Shown: positions 1 to 10,241 of the stretch, in pieces
Numbering within the stretch: position 1 is the stretch's first letter
Layout: every line of letters starts with the position of its first letter
DNA from: Candidatus Harrisonbacteria bacterium CG10_big_fil_rev_8_21_14_0_10_40_38
GTDB taxonomy: Bacteria > Patescibacteriota > Minisyncoccia > UBA6257 > 1-14-0-10-40-38
Reading direction: 5' to 3'
Length of the DNA: 64,000 nucleotides
NCBI GenBank assembly: GCA_002773535.1
Contig: PFAZ01000001.1
Location: 241,579 to 305,578, forward strand
The notes under the pieces: model-generated
Told to the model about the DNA's origin: nothing
The model's database searches: none
What the model saw: only the letters and a program-made list of their open reading frames with translations
Made by a program: the position numbers and the translations under genes

Positions 1-369
1 ATCTGCGGAAATTCGTTCAACTTTTGAACAAAAGCAGTATATTACATAAACCAATAAAAAAGCAACCCCTCTGGCAACCGAAATGCTAGAGGGGTCAAAG
101 TTGGCACGAGCGAATGGAGATTGAAAAAGGGGAAGAAGAAGGGGATGGAATTTTACGTGCACGCTTTACGCGCACAACCACTCGCTCGTGCCATATTCTA
201 ATAACTTATGAGAGGATTGCTTCAGCAGTTTAAGGTGGGGTTTTTAGCAATTTACGCCCGCAATTTTTCGATCAATCGGGTATTGGCAGGATTGCGAACA
301 ACCTTCACATAAGCTACTTTCGATGAGCTGACAGAAAGAATATCAGAAATAAAAAATAAGTCAACAAAC

Positions 370-1017
370 CTACCCCCTCCACTCTTCAATTCTCTTATGA
401 TCTCCGGAAAGCAACACCTTTGGGACCTTCCAGTTCTTTTTCCTAGTTCCTTTGCCTTTTACAATAAAATCCTCTGGTTTTGTGTAAACCTTATATGAAC
501 CCTTAACCTCTTCTAAAGATTCGTGCTTTCCTAAAACCCCAGAAACAAATCTAGAAACCGCATCTACAACAATCATTGCCGGAAGCTCACCACCGGAAAG
601 CACAAAATCACCAATAGATATTTCCTCATCAGCAATATACTTTGCCACACGCTCATCAACCCCTTCATATCTGCCACAAATCAAAATCAACTCATCATAT
701 TTAGAAAGTCTTTTAGCAATCTTCGCATCAAAAACTTTACCTCTAGTTGAAAACAAAATCGTCCGAGTTTTAAGTTTTTTGCTTTTAGCTTTAATCCTAT
801 TAACAGCCTTAAAAATTGGCTCGACTTTCAAAACCATCCCCGGTCCCCCGCCATAAGGCGTATCATCAACTTTTCTATGTTTATCGGTAGCAAAATCCCT
901 TATATCGTAAGCTGAAATAGAAATAAGCCGCTTCTCCTGCGCACGCTTCAAAATTGACTCACTAATATATGAATCAAACATTTTTGGAAAAATTGTAAGC
1001 AAATGAAACTTCTTCAT
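370..1017 (-). CDS. trmD: tRNA (guanine-N1)-methyltransferase
   Basis: VDDTPYGGGPGM, LICGRYEGVDER and SIGDFVLSGGELPA motifs; start set at ATG 1017 (MKKFHLLTIFP). Confidence 0.97.
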   Translation of the reverse strand: MKKFHLLTIFPKMFDSYISESILKRAQEKRLISISAYDIRDFATDKHRKVDDTPYGGGPGMVLKVEPIFKAVNRIKAKSKKLKTRTILFSTRGKVFDAKIAKRLSKYDELILICGRYEGVDERVAKYIADEEISIGDFVLSGGELPAMIVVDAVSRFVSGVLGKHESLEEVKGSYKVYTKPEDFIVKGKGTRKKNWKVPKVLLSGDHKRIEEWRG

Positions 1018-1111
1018 TCCCAGAACCCTACCAAATTTGACAAAATTAATCAAAAACATCAAAAACTAGAACGCCGCAAATATAAGTTATTTTTCAAAAA
1101 AAGCAAGAAAA

Positions 1112-1144
1112 AGGCGACTACTAAAGCAAAATTAGTAGTCGCCT
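1112..1144 (-). terminator. Intrinsic terminator of the orphan at 1166-1444
   Basis: aggcgactacta/tagtagtcgcct stem followed by a T-run on the minus strand. Confidence 0.7.
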
Positions 1145-1165
1145 AGAAATCACCAATCAAGAAAT

Positions 1166-1444
1166 CTAATCTTCGTTCCTGTCAACGCCCATTTTTTGAA
1201 GTTTATCGTTTAAGATATTCCTTTTATCCATATTCATATTTCTAGCATCACTATCAGTTTCTTTAGTCCATTCATCTTCTAGGACACTACGAAGAGATTT
1301 AAGCTCTCCAACGTCATCTGACAAGCTTTCTTCAAAGGCTTTAAGACTTTCTTGCATCTTTCTCTGATCTTCCTTATATTTCTCGTGCGAACTATCACGT
1401 TCAGACTCCCACTCCGACTTAGAACTTGGATTTTCAAAACCCAT
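1166..1444 (-). CDS. Small acidic helical hypothetical protein
   Basis: 92-aa ORF with upstream aaggaag SD-like site and downstream terminator. Confidence 0.6.
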   Translation of the reverse strand: MGFENPSSKSEWESERDSSHEKYKEDQRKMQESLKAFEESLSDDVGELKSLRSVLEDEWTKETDSDARNMNMDKRNILNDKLQKMGVDRNED

Positions 1445-1593
1445 AATGCTTCCTTTATTTCTGTTGATTGATAAAAAACCGACCCAGATACAAGCATATA
1501 AGATACTTCTTTATTTTCCAAACCCCAACCAAACGATTAAATATTCCCCAACCACCACAAGAGTTTTTGATTTTTCTATATAAAAACTAATTA

Positions 1594-1731
1594 TTAAAAT
1601 AAAGTCTCTGAACGGATTGTGAAGCCGTTTTGGCATGGTTCCCGATCCCATTTGTGGGGAGGGACAAAACGGCTGAACCCTCGGAGTCTCGCGCTGGCGA
1701 GACGAGAATGAGTAAAGAGACTTTATTTTAA
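1594..1731 (+). repeat. Structured intergenic element, copy A
   Basis: 16-bp closing IR ttaaaataaagtctct/agagactttattttaa; inner stem agccgttttg/caaaacggct with GCATGGT bulge and tccc/ggga stem; gtctcgc/gcgagac hairpin. Confidence 0.75.
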
Positions 1732-1831
1732 ACAAATCATTAACCACAAAAAATCAAAAACCGCAGCCCTAAAGATTGCTTCCTATAATTCCCCAACCCC
1801 AACGAAGGTTTCTGATTTTAAAAAAGTATCA

Positions 1832-1974
1832 GAATATTATTCTTTATATTTTGGAAGCTATCGGAGGCAAAATTCAACATTGGTATCTCTAAAATTACAT
1901 TTTGCCGAGATGCAGGAGTCACTCACTGCTCAAAGTGAGTGAACTCCGATTTCAAAATGTAAAGAATAATATTC
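1832..1974 (+). repeat. Structured intergenic element, copy B
   Basis: Core 1857-1949 matches 17459-17551 at 92/93 nt; enclosed by a ~24-bp IR gaatattattctttatattttg/caaaatgtaaagaataatattc. Confidence 0.9.
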
Positions 1975-2048
1975 AAAAACACATCCGTAAAAATCAAAAA
2001 CCGCAGCCTCCCTCACGAAGGCGCGGTTCTTGATAGAAAGGGAAAATT

Positions 2049-2363
2049 TTACATTCCCATATCGTCTGACGAACCAGATTCTGATGGCATCGGACGTGAT
2101 CCGCGAGTAGAACCTTCCGGCTCTTCAATCTTCAAATTCACTCTCGCATCGTTCTTTATTCCAACGATTCGCAAAAGAGAACGGATTGCTTTCGCAGTAG
2201 CGCCCTGCCTACCAACAACCTGACCCATGTCTTGAGGATTTACGTGAAGCGATAGGAGAACTCCCATCTCATCAACACGCCTCTCAATCTTAACGTCTTC
2301 CGGATGGTCAACGATAGATTTTACGAGGAACTCAAGAAATTCCTGATCAGCCACATTATTCAT
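2049..2363 (-). CDS. khpA: KH-domain RNA-binding protein KhpA
   Basis: LVKSIVDHPEDV, DMGQVVGRQGATAKAIR (GxxG); rpsP-khpA-trmD synteny. Confidence 0.9.
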   Translation of the reverse strand: MNNVADQEFLEFLVKSIVDHPEDVKIERRVDEMGVLLSLHVNPQDMGQVVGRQGATAKAIRSLLRIVGIKNDARVNLKIEEPEGSTRGSRPMPSESGSSDDMGM

Positions 2364-2491
2364 ATCAATTCAATTCTGTAAAACAAGGTAAAACGACCTT
2401 TCGAAACAACCCTTACGCCTTAGCGATCAGATTGCAGTAATTAGTCTAACAAATAAATCCAACACGTCAAGTTGACGTGGGGATTAAAAAA

Positions 2492-2890
2492 TTATTGAGA
2501 CTCAGAAGAAGTCTCTTCTGGTTTTGGCTCTGGTTCCGGAGAACTAACTTCAGAACTTACTTTAGCAGTTTCCTGCACAGAAGCAGCTTCCTTAGGCGCT
2601 TCTTCCTCAGCTTTTTTAACCACTATTTTATGAACCGGAATTTTTGGAGAATTTAAAACTCCTGCCCTTACAAGTAGATTATGAACTGTATCAGTAGGTT
2701 TTGCCCCATTACCCATCCAATAATTAACCCTCTCGCCTTCAATTTTTAGGTTATCTTTCTCCTGCATAGGGTTGTACCAGCCAAGATCCTCAACATAACG
2801 CCCCTTAAGTTTTGAGCGTTTTTCCGTAACAACCACCCTATAACTGGGCTGGTGCTTTTTTCCTATTCTTTTAAGCTTTATCGCTAACAT
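2492..2890 (-). CDS. rpsP: 30S ribosomal protein S16 with acidic tail
   Basis: LKRIGKKHQPSYRVVV, EDLGWYNP, GAKPTDTV. Confidence 0.97.
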   Translation of the reverse strand: MLAIKLKRIGKKHQPSYRVVVTEKRSKLKGRYVEDLGWYNPMQEKDNLKIEGERVNYWMGNGAKPTDTVHNLLVRAGVLNSPKIPVHKIVVKKAEEEAPKEAASVQETAKVSSEVSSPEPEPKPEETSSESQ

Positions 2891-2947
2891 GCCAAGATAT
2901 TACTAAATAAACCGACACCCGTCAATGATTAAACAAATTCTGATAAA

Positions 2948-5104
2948 TTACCCCAGTTTCAGCGATAAAACCTTAGAAGCACCATCCTCGCCCATAGTAA
3001 CGCCATACAAAACATCAGCCGCCTCCATAGTCGTCCTATTATGAGTTACTACAACAAATTGAGTATATTTTGAAAACTCCGAAATAAGCTCTGAGAACCT
3101 TCTGCTATTTGCCTCATCGAGCGCTGCATCCGCCTCATCAAGAACCAAAAACGGTGGTGGAGACACTGAAATAAGCGCAAAAAGCACAGCCATAGAAACC
3201 AAACTCTTTTCCCCACCAGATAACATATCAAGACTATGAATCCTCTTCGAAGGAATAGAGATTTCAACATCGATTCCTCCCAGATCAAGAACTTCTTCAG
3301 CCTCAACCACATTTTCAGGGACCTCCTCTTCGTTTTGAGAAACACTCCTCACAGGAGGACGCGTTACAGAGAGTTTTGCTTTTCCACCTCCAAACATCAT
3401 CCTAAAATACTTTGAGACCCCCTCATTTATCTCATTAAGCGCCTTTGTAAAACCGTCGTGTATCTTTCTATCGAGTTCTTTGAGTAAATTTTTTAAATCA
3501 CCACAAGCTTTTTCAAGATCAGCAAGTTGTTCGGAAAGGAATTGATACCTCTCTTCGGTTTCCTTTGCTTCATCTATTAAAGCCGGATCAATTGCGCCTA
3601 TACTCGCAAGCTCGCCCCTTAATCTTAAAATTTTTCGCTCAATCTCATTTAAAGAAACACTCCCAGTCAAACTTACCGGAGAAAAATCATCAAGCTTTCT
3701 ATCCATCTGAACTGCCTGATGAGCCAGCTCCTCCCGCTTTATAGATAGTCTCTCTCTATCAAATTTTAATGTGTCGCGCGACCTCTCTAAAAGTGACACC
3801 TCTTCACGGACTCTCTGTGCCGCCGAAAAAGCTTCCCGAAAAACATCTGTAAAATCAGTAAGCGCAGAATTATGTTCCGCCTCTTCTTTTTCTAAAATAC
3901 TATATCCGTCTGAAAGTTCTTTAAGTTCAATGAATATTTTCTTTTTTGTCTCTAGAAGACTTTGATCAAGTTGTGGTTTTTCGCCTTTTACCTCAGAGTC
4001 AAAAACAACATCTATTTTTTCTGAAAGACTCTTAAGAAGATTTTTAATCACACGAGAATCACTCTCAAGTAAAATATCTTCCAAAGTTTCTCTAACCTCC
4101 TCCAAAACACGAATAAGCTCGTGAGTATCATAGGGAGAATCCTTTTTTTCCGAATGTATTTCAATTTGAGCATCAATCCTCGCAAGCTCCCTCTCAAGAT
4201 CAATCCTTTTTGAAGATAATTTCTGTTTTTTCTGCTGAATTTCCTGTGAATGTTTTTGCTGTTTTATTTTATCCTCACCGATTTTTTCAATTTTTTTAAG
4301 CTCTGATTCAGCGTGCGAAAGTTTTTCACCTGTTTTTTTTATTTTTTCCTCAATTTCATTTATTTTTGGAGCTATACGCTTATCTTCCTCTTCAAGGTCA
4401 TAAAGCTTTACACCAAAATATTGCTTTTCAAGATCTGTAAGTTCCGCTACTACCTCTGACTGTTTTTCCCATTTAGAAGCCTGTTTCCTAAGAAGTTTTA
4501 AATGTGGCGTAATCTCATCGACAAGACTTTTAACCTTATCCATGTTCGAGAGTGTTGATTTGAGCTTTAATTCGGCATCATGTTTTTTTAACTGATATTG
4601 CCTAAGCCCTAAAATCTCCTCAAGCATAAAACGCCTCTCCTTTGGTGTTGATCGCACAAAAAGATCGGCATCTCCCTGATTTATTATCGTAAAACCCTTT
4701 GTTCCAAGACGAGATTGCGCAAAAAAATCAATTACGTCCTTAAGACGCACCTCAGAGTCATTGATAAAATATTTTGACGAACCATCTCTATCAATTCGCC
4801 TCCTGATTTCAACTTCGTGGAAATCAACAGGGAAAAACCTGCTCGTATTATCAAAAACAATGGTTGCTTGAGCAAATCCAACTCTTGGCCTTTCCGGAGT
4901 ACCAGCAAAAATAAGATCTTCGGCCTTCAGACTTCTCATGCTTTTTGCCTCCCTCTCGCCCAAAAGCCACCTTATTGCATCAATGATATTCGATTTTCCG
5001 CTTCCATTCGGACCAACAACGCCGGTAACTCCACCGGGAAAATTCAAAATAACCTTAGAAGCAAAGGATTTAAAACCAACAAGCTCTAAACGTTTAAGGT
5101 GCAT
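2948..5104 (-). CDS. smc: SMC-family ATPase, short and apparently hinge-less
   Basis: GFKSF, Walker A GPNGSGKSN, LSGGEK signature, LDEADAALD Walker B/D-loop, coiled coils; downstream of rnc. Confidence 0.9.
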   Translation of the reverse strand: MHLKRLELVGFKSFASKVILNFPGGVTGVVGPNGSGKSNIIDAIRWLLGEREAKSMRSLKAEDLIFAGTPERPRVGFAQATIVFDNTSRFFPVDFHEVEIRRRIDRDGSSKYFINDSEVRLKDVIDFFAQSRLGTKGFTIINQGDADLFVRSTPKERRFMLEEILGLRQYQLKKHDAELKLKSTLSNMDKVKSLVDEITPHLKLLRKQASKWEKQSEVVAELTDLEKQYFGVKLYDLEEEDKRIAPKINEIEEKIKKTGEKLSHAESELKKIEKIGEDKIKQQKHSQEIQQKKQKLSSKRIDLERELARIDAQIEIHSEKKDSPYDTHELIRVLEEVRETLEDILLESDSRVIKNLLKSLSEKIDVVFDSEVKGEKPQLDQSLLETKKKIFIELKELSDGYSILEKEEAEHNSALTDFTDVFREAFSAAQRVREEVSLLERSRDTLKFDRERLSIKREELAHQAVQMDRKLDDFSPVSLTGSVSLNEIERKILRLRGELASIGAIDPALIDEAKETEERYQFLSEQLADLEKACGDLKNLLKELDRKIHDGFTKALNEINEGVSKYFRMMFGGGKAKLSVTRPPVRSVSQNEEEVPENVVEAEEVLDLGGIDVEISIPSKRIHSLDMLSGGEKSLVSMAVLFALISVSPPPFLVLDEADAALDEANSRRFSELISEFSKYTQFVVVTHNRTTMEAADVLYGVTMGEDGASKVLSLKLG

Positions 5105-5120
5105 TATTGTTTCAATTTAA

Positions 5121-5825
5121 CTATTCTACATTTCCTGACTGCATACTATCGAGTGCTAATTTTGCCGCTTCAACCTCTGCTTCTTGCTTGGAATAACCAA
5201 CACCCTCAGCAATAAGTTTATCACCAAAGAAAACTCCTATGGTAAAAGTTTTCTGATGGTCCAAGCCGCTTTCGGCAAGAACCTTATAAGTAGGCGTTAG
5301 TTTAAATTTCTCCTGAACAATTTCCTGCAAAAGACTCTTTGTGTCTTTATACAAACCTTTCTTCATTACCTCATCCAATTTTGAAAGAATAAACTTCAAA
5401 ATAAAAGACTTAGCAGTCTGATACCCACCATCAAGATATATTGCGCCAATCAAAGATTCCAAGGTATTTGCCAATATAACTTCACGCGCTCTTCCTATGT
5501 CTTTCGACTCTCCTTTTGAAAGAAACAGGAATTGCTCCAGTGATATTTCTCTAGATATCGACGCCATCATCTGATAATTCACAAGCGCAGACCTTATTGG
5601 CGTAAGCTGACCCTCGGTATAATCAGGAAACCTAAAAAACAGCTCCTCCGTAACGATAAGCTCCACAACCGCATCACCTAAAAACTCGAGCCGCTCGTTA
5701 TGCGAAACAGGCCACTTCGGATCTTCGTTTAAATAAGACCTGTGAGTTAGTGATTCTTTTATAAGATTAGGATCCTTAAATGTGTAAGAAATAATCCGCT
5801 CTAGCTCAGAAATATTTTTTTGCAT
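5121..5825 (-). CDS. rnc: Ribonuclease III
   Basis: HNERLEFLGDAV signature plus C-terminal dsRBD. Confidence 0.98.
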   Translation of the reverse strand: MQKNISELERIISYTFKDPNLIKESLTHRSYLNEDPKWPVSHNERLEFLGDAVVELIVTEELFFRFPDYTEGQLTPIRSALVNYQMMASISREISLEQFLFLSKGESKDIGRAREVILANTLESLIGAIYLDGGYQTAKSFILKFILSKLDEVMKKGLYKDTKSLLQEIVQEKFKLTPTYKVLAESGLDHQKTFTIGVFFGDKLIAEGVGYSKQEAEVEAAKLALDSMQSGNVE

Positions 5826-5907
5826 ATTAGAGTGAGCGACATGTGATATGAGACATGACTCAAAGCATATCCCCTGTCACATATAGCCCGTAAATACAGA
5901 TAAAAAT

Positions 5908-6378
5908 CTATTTATTTTTTTCAACTTTTTCTGGCGAAACCAAGTCACTTTTATTCTCGGTTTTCTCCATTTCTTTGTATACCGTTCCTAAAACCCCATT
6001 AATAAACCTTCCAGAATTTATTCCCCCATAATTCTTTGCAAGTTCTATTGCTTCATTTATAGCAACTTTCGAAGGAACTTCATTCTTGTCAGCATATAAA
6101 AGCTCAAAAAGACCCAATCTAAGAACATTTCTATCAATTATCGAAATCTGATCAAGCGGCCACTCTGGAGCGGTTTTTACTATAATCGAATCAATTGAAT
6201 CAATGTGTTCTATTACACCTTTTGCTAATTTCCATGCAAAGTCCGGTTCATCTACCCCGAGCGCAAATTCATTTAAATTTCTCTCGAGTACAGCAGCAAG
6301 ATCTACTTTCTTGTGCTGAAAATCCCATTCGTATAGGGACTGAAGGACGACCGAACGGATAAGTTGACGTGTAGCCAT
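5908..6378 (-). CDS. nusB: Transcription antitermination factor NusB
   Basis: [25 protein letters not shown]. Confidence 0.97.
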   Translation of the reverse strand: MATRQLIRSVVLQSLYEWDFQHKKVDLAAVLERNLNEFALGVDEPDFAWKLAKGVIEHIDSIDSIIVKTAPEWPLDQISIIDRNVLRLGLFELLYADKNEVPSKVAINEAIELAKNYGGINSGRFINGVLGTVYKEMEKTENKSDLVSPEKVEKNK

Positions 6379-6463
6379 ATATTTTTTAGGAACGTACTTC
6401 GGCTGACTTTACTCCGCCTCTCTTCAAACTATAACCACAGATCAAAGGCTAATCAAGTGAAAA

Positions 6464-6886
6464 TCAGGAAGTCTGCTCCGTTTTATCTTCCTCCGGCTTT
6501 GCAGTTTCTGGGTTTTCCTGCTCTACAGTCTGCATATCCTCTGTTTTTTTCTCGTCATCCGAATTCTGGGAATCCATTTCCATCTCTGCCTCCACAGACT
6601 CTTTGGTAGCATCTACAGACTCTCCAGAAACCCCCGAGGCCTCTTCAACAACCGGCGCCTGAACAGCCTCAGCTGCCCCAACATCAGTCTTTTCCATCGC
6701 TTCTGGCTTATAATGTTTAGTTCTCTCGGGTTTAGTATAAACCCCACACTGTATACAGGCCTTATGAGGCAAAACAGGCCCTTTGCACTGCAAGCAAACC
6801 AAAATCTTAGCCGGTTTTAAGGCTAAGTGTGCTCGGCGTCTGCCAACCTTCGATTTAGAATGATGTTTTACTGGAACTCCTCCCAT
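6464..6886 (-). CDS. rpmF: 50S ribosomal protein L32 with long acidic extension
   Basis: MGGVPVKHHSKSKVGRRR with CxxC...HxxCxxCG; start set at ATG 6886. Confidence 0.92.
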   Translation of the reverse strand: MGGVPVKHHSKSKVGRRRAHLALKPAKILVCLQCKGPVLPHKACIQCGVYTKPERTKHYKPEAMEKTDVGAAEAVQAPVVEEASGVSGESVDATKESVEAEMEMDSQNSDDEKKTEDMQTVEQENPETAKPEEDKTEQTS

Positions 6887-7023
6887 AAAAAAAGTAACGT
6901 AACAATAATCGAAATGCGCCAGTGTGTCAAATAATCCATAAAAACCAACAAAAAAATAGAAACTAAAAATAAATATCGGCAAGGCTTTTTTCCACACCCA
7001 CTAACCGACTATAATTAGTTGTC

Positions 7024-10000
7024 ATGCCACGATTTACACACCTTCACACCCACTCACATTATTCACTTCTCGATGGACTTTCAAAAATCGAAGATCTTGT
7101 AAATCATGCAAAAGAACTTGGAATGGATTCTCTGGCTATCACCGACCATGGAAATCTTTACGGTGCAGTAGAATTTTATAAAAAAGCTAAAGCCGCGGGC
7201 ATAAAACCAATCCTCGGAGTTGAAGCCTACATCGCGCCGGGAGATCACACAGAAAAGAGTTCAAATGGAGAAAGAAAATATTATCATCTAACACTTCTGG
7301 TAGAAAACGAAACAGGTTGGAAGAATTTAATAAAACTCGTCTCCGAAGCACACCTAAACGGCTTTTACTACAAGCCGAGAATGGACAAAAAGATGCTCGC
7401 AGAAAATCATGAAGGCATAATCGCCCTTTCGGGTTGTCCTGCAGGAGAAGTTTCAAACCGACTAATGGAAGGAAAATATGATTTAGCAAAAGAAGCGGCA
7501 AAAGAATACGAAGAGATATTCGGCAAAGGAAATTTTTTTATCGAAATTGACCATCATCCAAAAATAAAAGAAATTGCGCCTTTAAGAGAAGGACGCGTTC
7601 GACTTTCAAAAGAAACTGGCATACCACTTGTCGCCACACAAGACATCCACTACACAAAAAAAGAAGATGCAGAATACCACGACATCCTCCTCGCAGTTCA
7701 AACGGGTGACAAATTAAGTGACCCCGACCGACTCTCCCTCAAAGCTGATGATTTTTCAATGCGCTCACCGGAAGAAATGGCAAGTTATTTTGAAGATGTT
7801 CCAGAGGCAATCGAAAATACCGCAAAAATTGCGGACAGATGCAATATCGAAATAGAGCTCGGCAAAACAAAACTCCCAAAATTTGAAGTACCGGATGGAA
7901 CTGATTCGATAATCTATCTCGAAAAACTACTTAACGAAAAAATTTCTGAAAGATACCCGGAAATCACACAAGAAATCAAAGACCGTCTAGAAAGAGAACT
8001 TTCCGTCATTAAACGCACGGGTTTTGCCGATTACTTCCTTATTGTTCAAGACTTTGTTAACTGGGCAAAAGAAAGAGGCATTGTCGTAGGTCCAGGAAGA
8101 GGTTCTGCTGCTGGAAGCATAATTTCATACATTTTAAAAATTACCGACCTTGACCCAATCAAATACGAACTTCTTTTTGAAAGATTCTTAAACCCCGAAC
8201 GTATTCAAATGCCTGATATAGACATCGACATAACTGATGTCAGACGCGACGAAGTTTTAGGTTACCTAAAAGAAACATATGGCGAAGACCACGTTGCAAA
8301 CATCATAACTTTTGGAACAATGGCTGCCCGCGCTGCCATAAGAGACGTAGGCCGCGCTCTCGGTATTAGTTACTCATTCTGCGATCAGATTGCAAAGCTC
8401 ATCCCTTTCAACCTAAAACTTGCGAAATCTCTCGAAACCGTAGTTGAGCTTTCCGAAATGTATAAAAAAGATGAACAAGCAAAAAAACTCATTGATTCAG
8501 CAATGCACCTCGAAGGGGTAGCGCGTCATGCTTCAGTACACGCCTGCGGCATCGTTATAACTGAAAAGCCCATAACAGAATACCTCCCACTTCAACGCTC
8601 ACCGCAAGACCAAAATGTCATAGTTACTCAGTTTGAAATGCATGCCGTAGAAGACCTGGGTCTCCTAAAAATGGATCTTCTTGGGCTTCGAAACTTAACA
8701 ATCATTGAAAATACCATTCGTCTCGTCGAAGAACTTCACGGAGAAAAAATAAATATCAGCAAAATCACACTTGAAGATCCGGAAGTTTTTAAACTTCTCC
8801 AAGCGGGAGAAACCATGGGCGTATTTCAGCTTGAGTCTGCCGGCATGCGCAGATATTTAAAAGAATTAAAGCCAACAAGCATTGAAGACATCATTGCCAT
8901 GGTCTCCTTATATAGACCGGGCCCGATGGAGCTTATTCCTGAATACATTGCCAGAAAGCACGGCCGAAAGCCCGTCACCTATCTCCATCCAAAACTTAAA
9001 GCAATCCTAGAAAACACATATGGCATCGGAGTTTATCAGGAGCAAATGATGCGCATAGCACGTGACCTTGCCGGCTATAGCCTAGCTGAAGCTGATACCC
9101 TCCGAAAAGCCATTGGTAAAAAAATAAAAAAACTCCTCGATGAGCAGGAAGAAAAACTGATCGCAGGCATGATTAAAAACGGCGTCGATGAGAAAACCGC
9201 AAAAGCAGTCTGGGAACTTTTTCCCTCATTCGCCCGCTACGGATTCAATAGGTCCCATGGAGCCTGCTACGCAATGATCGCCTATGAAACCGCATATCTA
9301 AAAGCTCATTACCCGATTGAGTTCATGACCGCGCTCCTAAATGCAGAGTCAGGAGACATAGAAAGAACCGCTATCCTCGTAACTGAAGCCAAAAGAGTAA
9401 ATATCGAAATCCTTCCACCAAACATAAATAAAAGCGGAGCCACATTTATGCCCGAAAAAGAAAATGGAAAAGACGGCATACGTTTTGGACTCTCGGCAAT
9501 AAAAAACGTCGGCGCAAATATTGTTGCCGCCATAATCGAAAACAGATCCGCAGAAGGTCCGTTCGAAAACCTAAGCGCACTACTCTCACGTGTCCAGCAC
9601 AAAGACCTAAATAAAAAATCCCTCGAAAGTCTTATCAAATGCGGCGCGCTTGATACTTTAGGCACAGAACGTAATCAGGCGCTCCAAAATATTGAAGAAC
9701 TTCTTAAATTTGCCAACCTTTATAAAAAAGAACAGAAAACCTCTCAAAACAGCCTTTTTGAATCCCTTTCATTCTCACCGCAATCACTTAAGTTAAAAGA
9801 TGTTCCACCAGCCAGCTCATCTGAACGTCTTGCGTGGGAAAAAGAGCTCCTGGGGCTTTACGTTACAGACCACCCTTTAAACCAACACAAAGAACGCATA
9901 GAACAAGTTAAAGCGTCTCCGATTAAATACCTTCTAGCAAACGGAAGCGATCGTGAGTATGCTCGCGTCGTTGGCATAGTCTCAAGACTTCAAAAAATCG

Positions 10001-10197
10001 TAACCAAAACAGGTAAGCCCATGCTCTTCGCTCAAATCGAAGATTTTGTCAGTCCTTTAGAAATCATAGTTTTTCCTGAAACACTCACAAAGACAGAAGC
10101 CGTTTGGAAGGAAAACAGCGCCGTGCTAGTCTTAGGGAAAATGTCCAGACGAAACGGAGAAGCAAAGTTTATTTGCGAAGACGCGCGAACCCTCTAA
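7024..10197 (+). CDS. dnaE: DNA polymerase III alpha subunit
   Basis: PHP HLHTHSHYSLLDG, GPGRGSAAGS, MPDIDID, YGFNRSH. Confidence 0.98.
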   Translation: MPRFTHLHTHSHYSLLDGLSKIEDLVNHAKELGMDSLAITDHGNLYGAVEFYKKAKAAGIKPILGVEAYIAPGDHTEKSSNGERKYYHLTLLVENETGWKNLIKLVSEAHLNGFYYKPRMDKKMLAENHEGIIALSGCPAGEVSNRLMEGKYDLAKEAAKEYEEIFGKGNFFIEIDHHPKIKEIAPLREGRVRLSKETGIPLVATQDIHYTKKEDAEYHDILLAVQTGDKLSDPDRLSLKADDFSMRSPEEMASYFEDVPEAIENTAKIADRCNIEIELGKTKLPKFEVPDGTDSIIYLEKLLNEKISERYPEITQEIKDRLERELSVIKRTGFADYFLIVQDFVNWAKERGIVVGPGRGSAAGSIISYILKITDLDPIKYELLFERFLNPERIQMPDIDIDITDVRRDEVLGYLKETYGEDHVANIITFGTMAARAAIRDVGRALGISYSFCDQIAKLIPFNLKLAKSLETVVELSEMYKKDEQAKKLIDSAMHLEGVARHASVHACGIVITEKPITEYLPLQRSPQDQNVIVTQFEMHAVEDLGLLKMDLLGLRNLTIIENTIRLVEELHGEKINISKITLEDPEVFKLLQAGETMGVFQLESAGMRRYLKELKPTSIEDIIAMVSLYRPGPMELIPEYIARKHGRKPVTYLHPKLKAILENTYGIGVYQEQMMRIARDLAGYSLAEADTLRKAIGKKIKKLLDEQEEKLIAGMIKNGVDEKTAKAVWELFPSFARYGFNRSHGACYAMIAYETAYLKAHYPIEFMTALLNAESGDIERTAILVTEAKRVNIEILPPNINKSGATFMPEKENGKDGIRFGLSAIKNVGANIVAAIIENRSAEGPFENLSALLSRVQHKDLNKKSLESLIKCGALDTLGTERNQALQNIEELLKFANLYKKEQKTSQNSLFESLSFSPQSLKLKDVPPASSSERLAWEKELLGLYVTDHPLNQHKERIEQVKASPIKYLLANGSDREYARVVGIVSRLQKIVTKTGKPMLFAQIEDFVSPLEIIVFPETLTKTEAVWKENSAVLVLGKMSRRNGEAKFICEDARTL

Positions 10198-10241
10198 ACC
10201 CGCTCTGGAAAAACCAGAAAACCCCTGATATTCTCAAAATC

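Noticed and set aside
1511-1747. 78-aa ORF (also 26826-27071 and 59720-59905)
   Set aside because: These run across palindromic non-coding elements and show no protein-like motifs
1857-1949. Assignment of the repeat core to hammerhead, twister, pistol or HDV ribozymes
   Set aside because: Diagnostic nucleotides such as CUGANGA/GAAA could not be placed by eye; left unassigned
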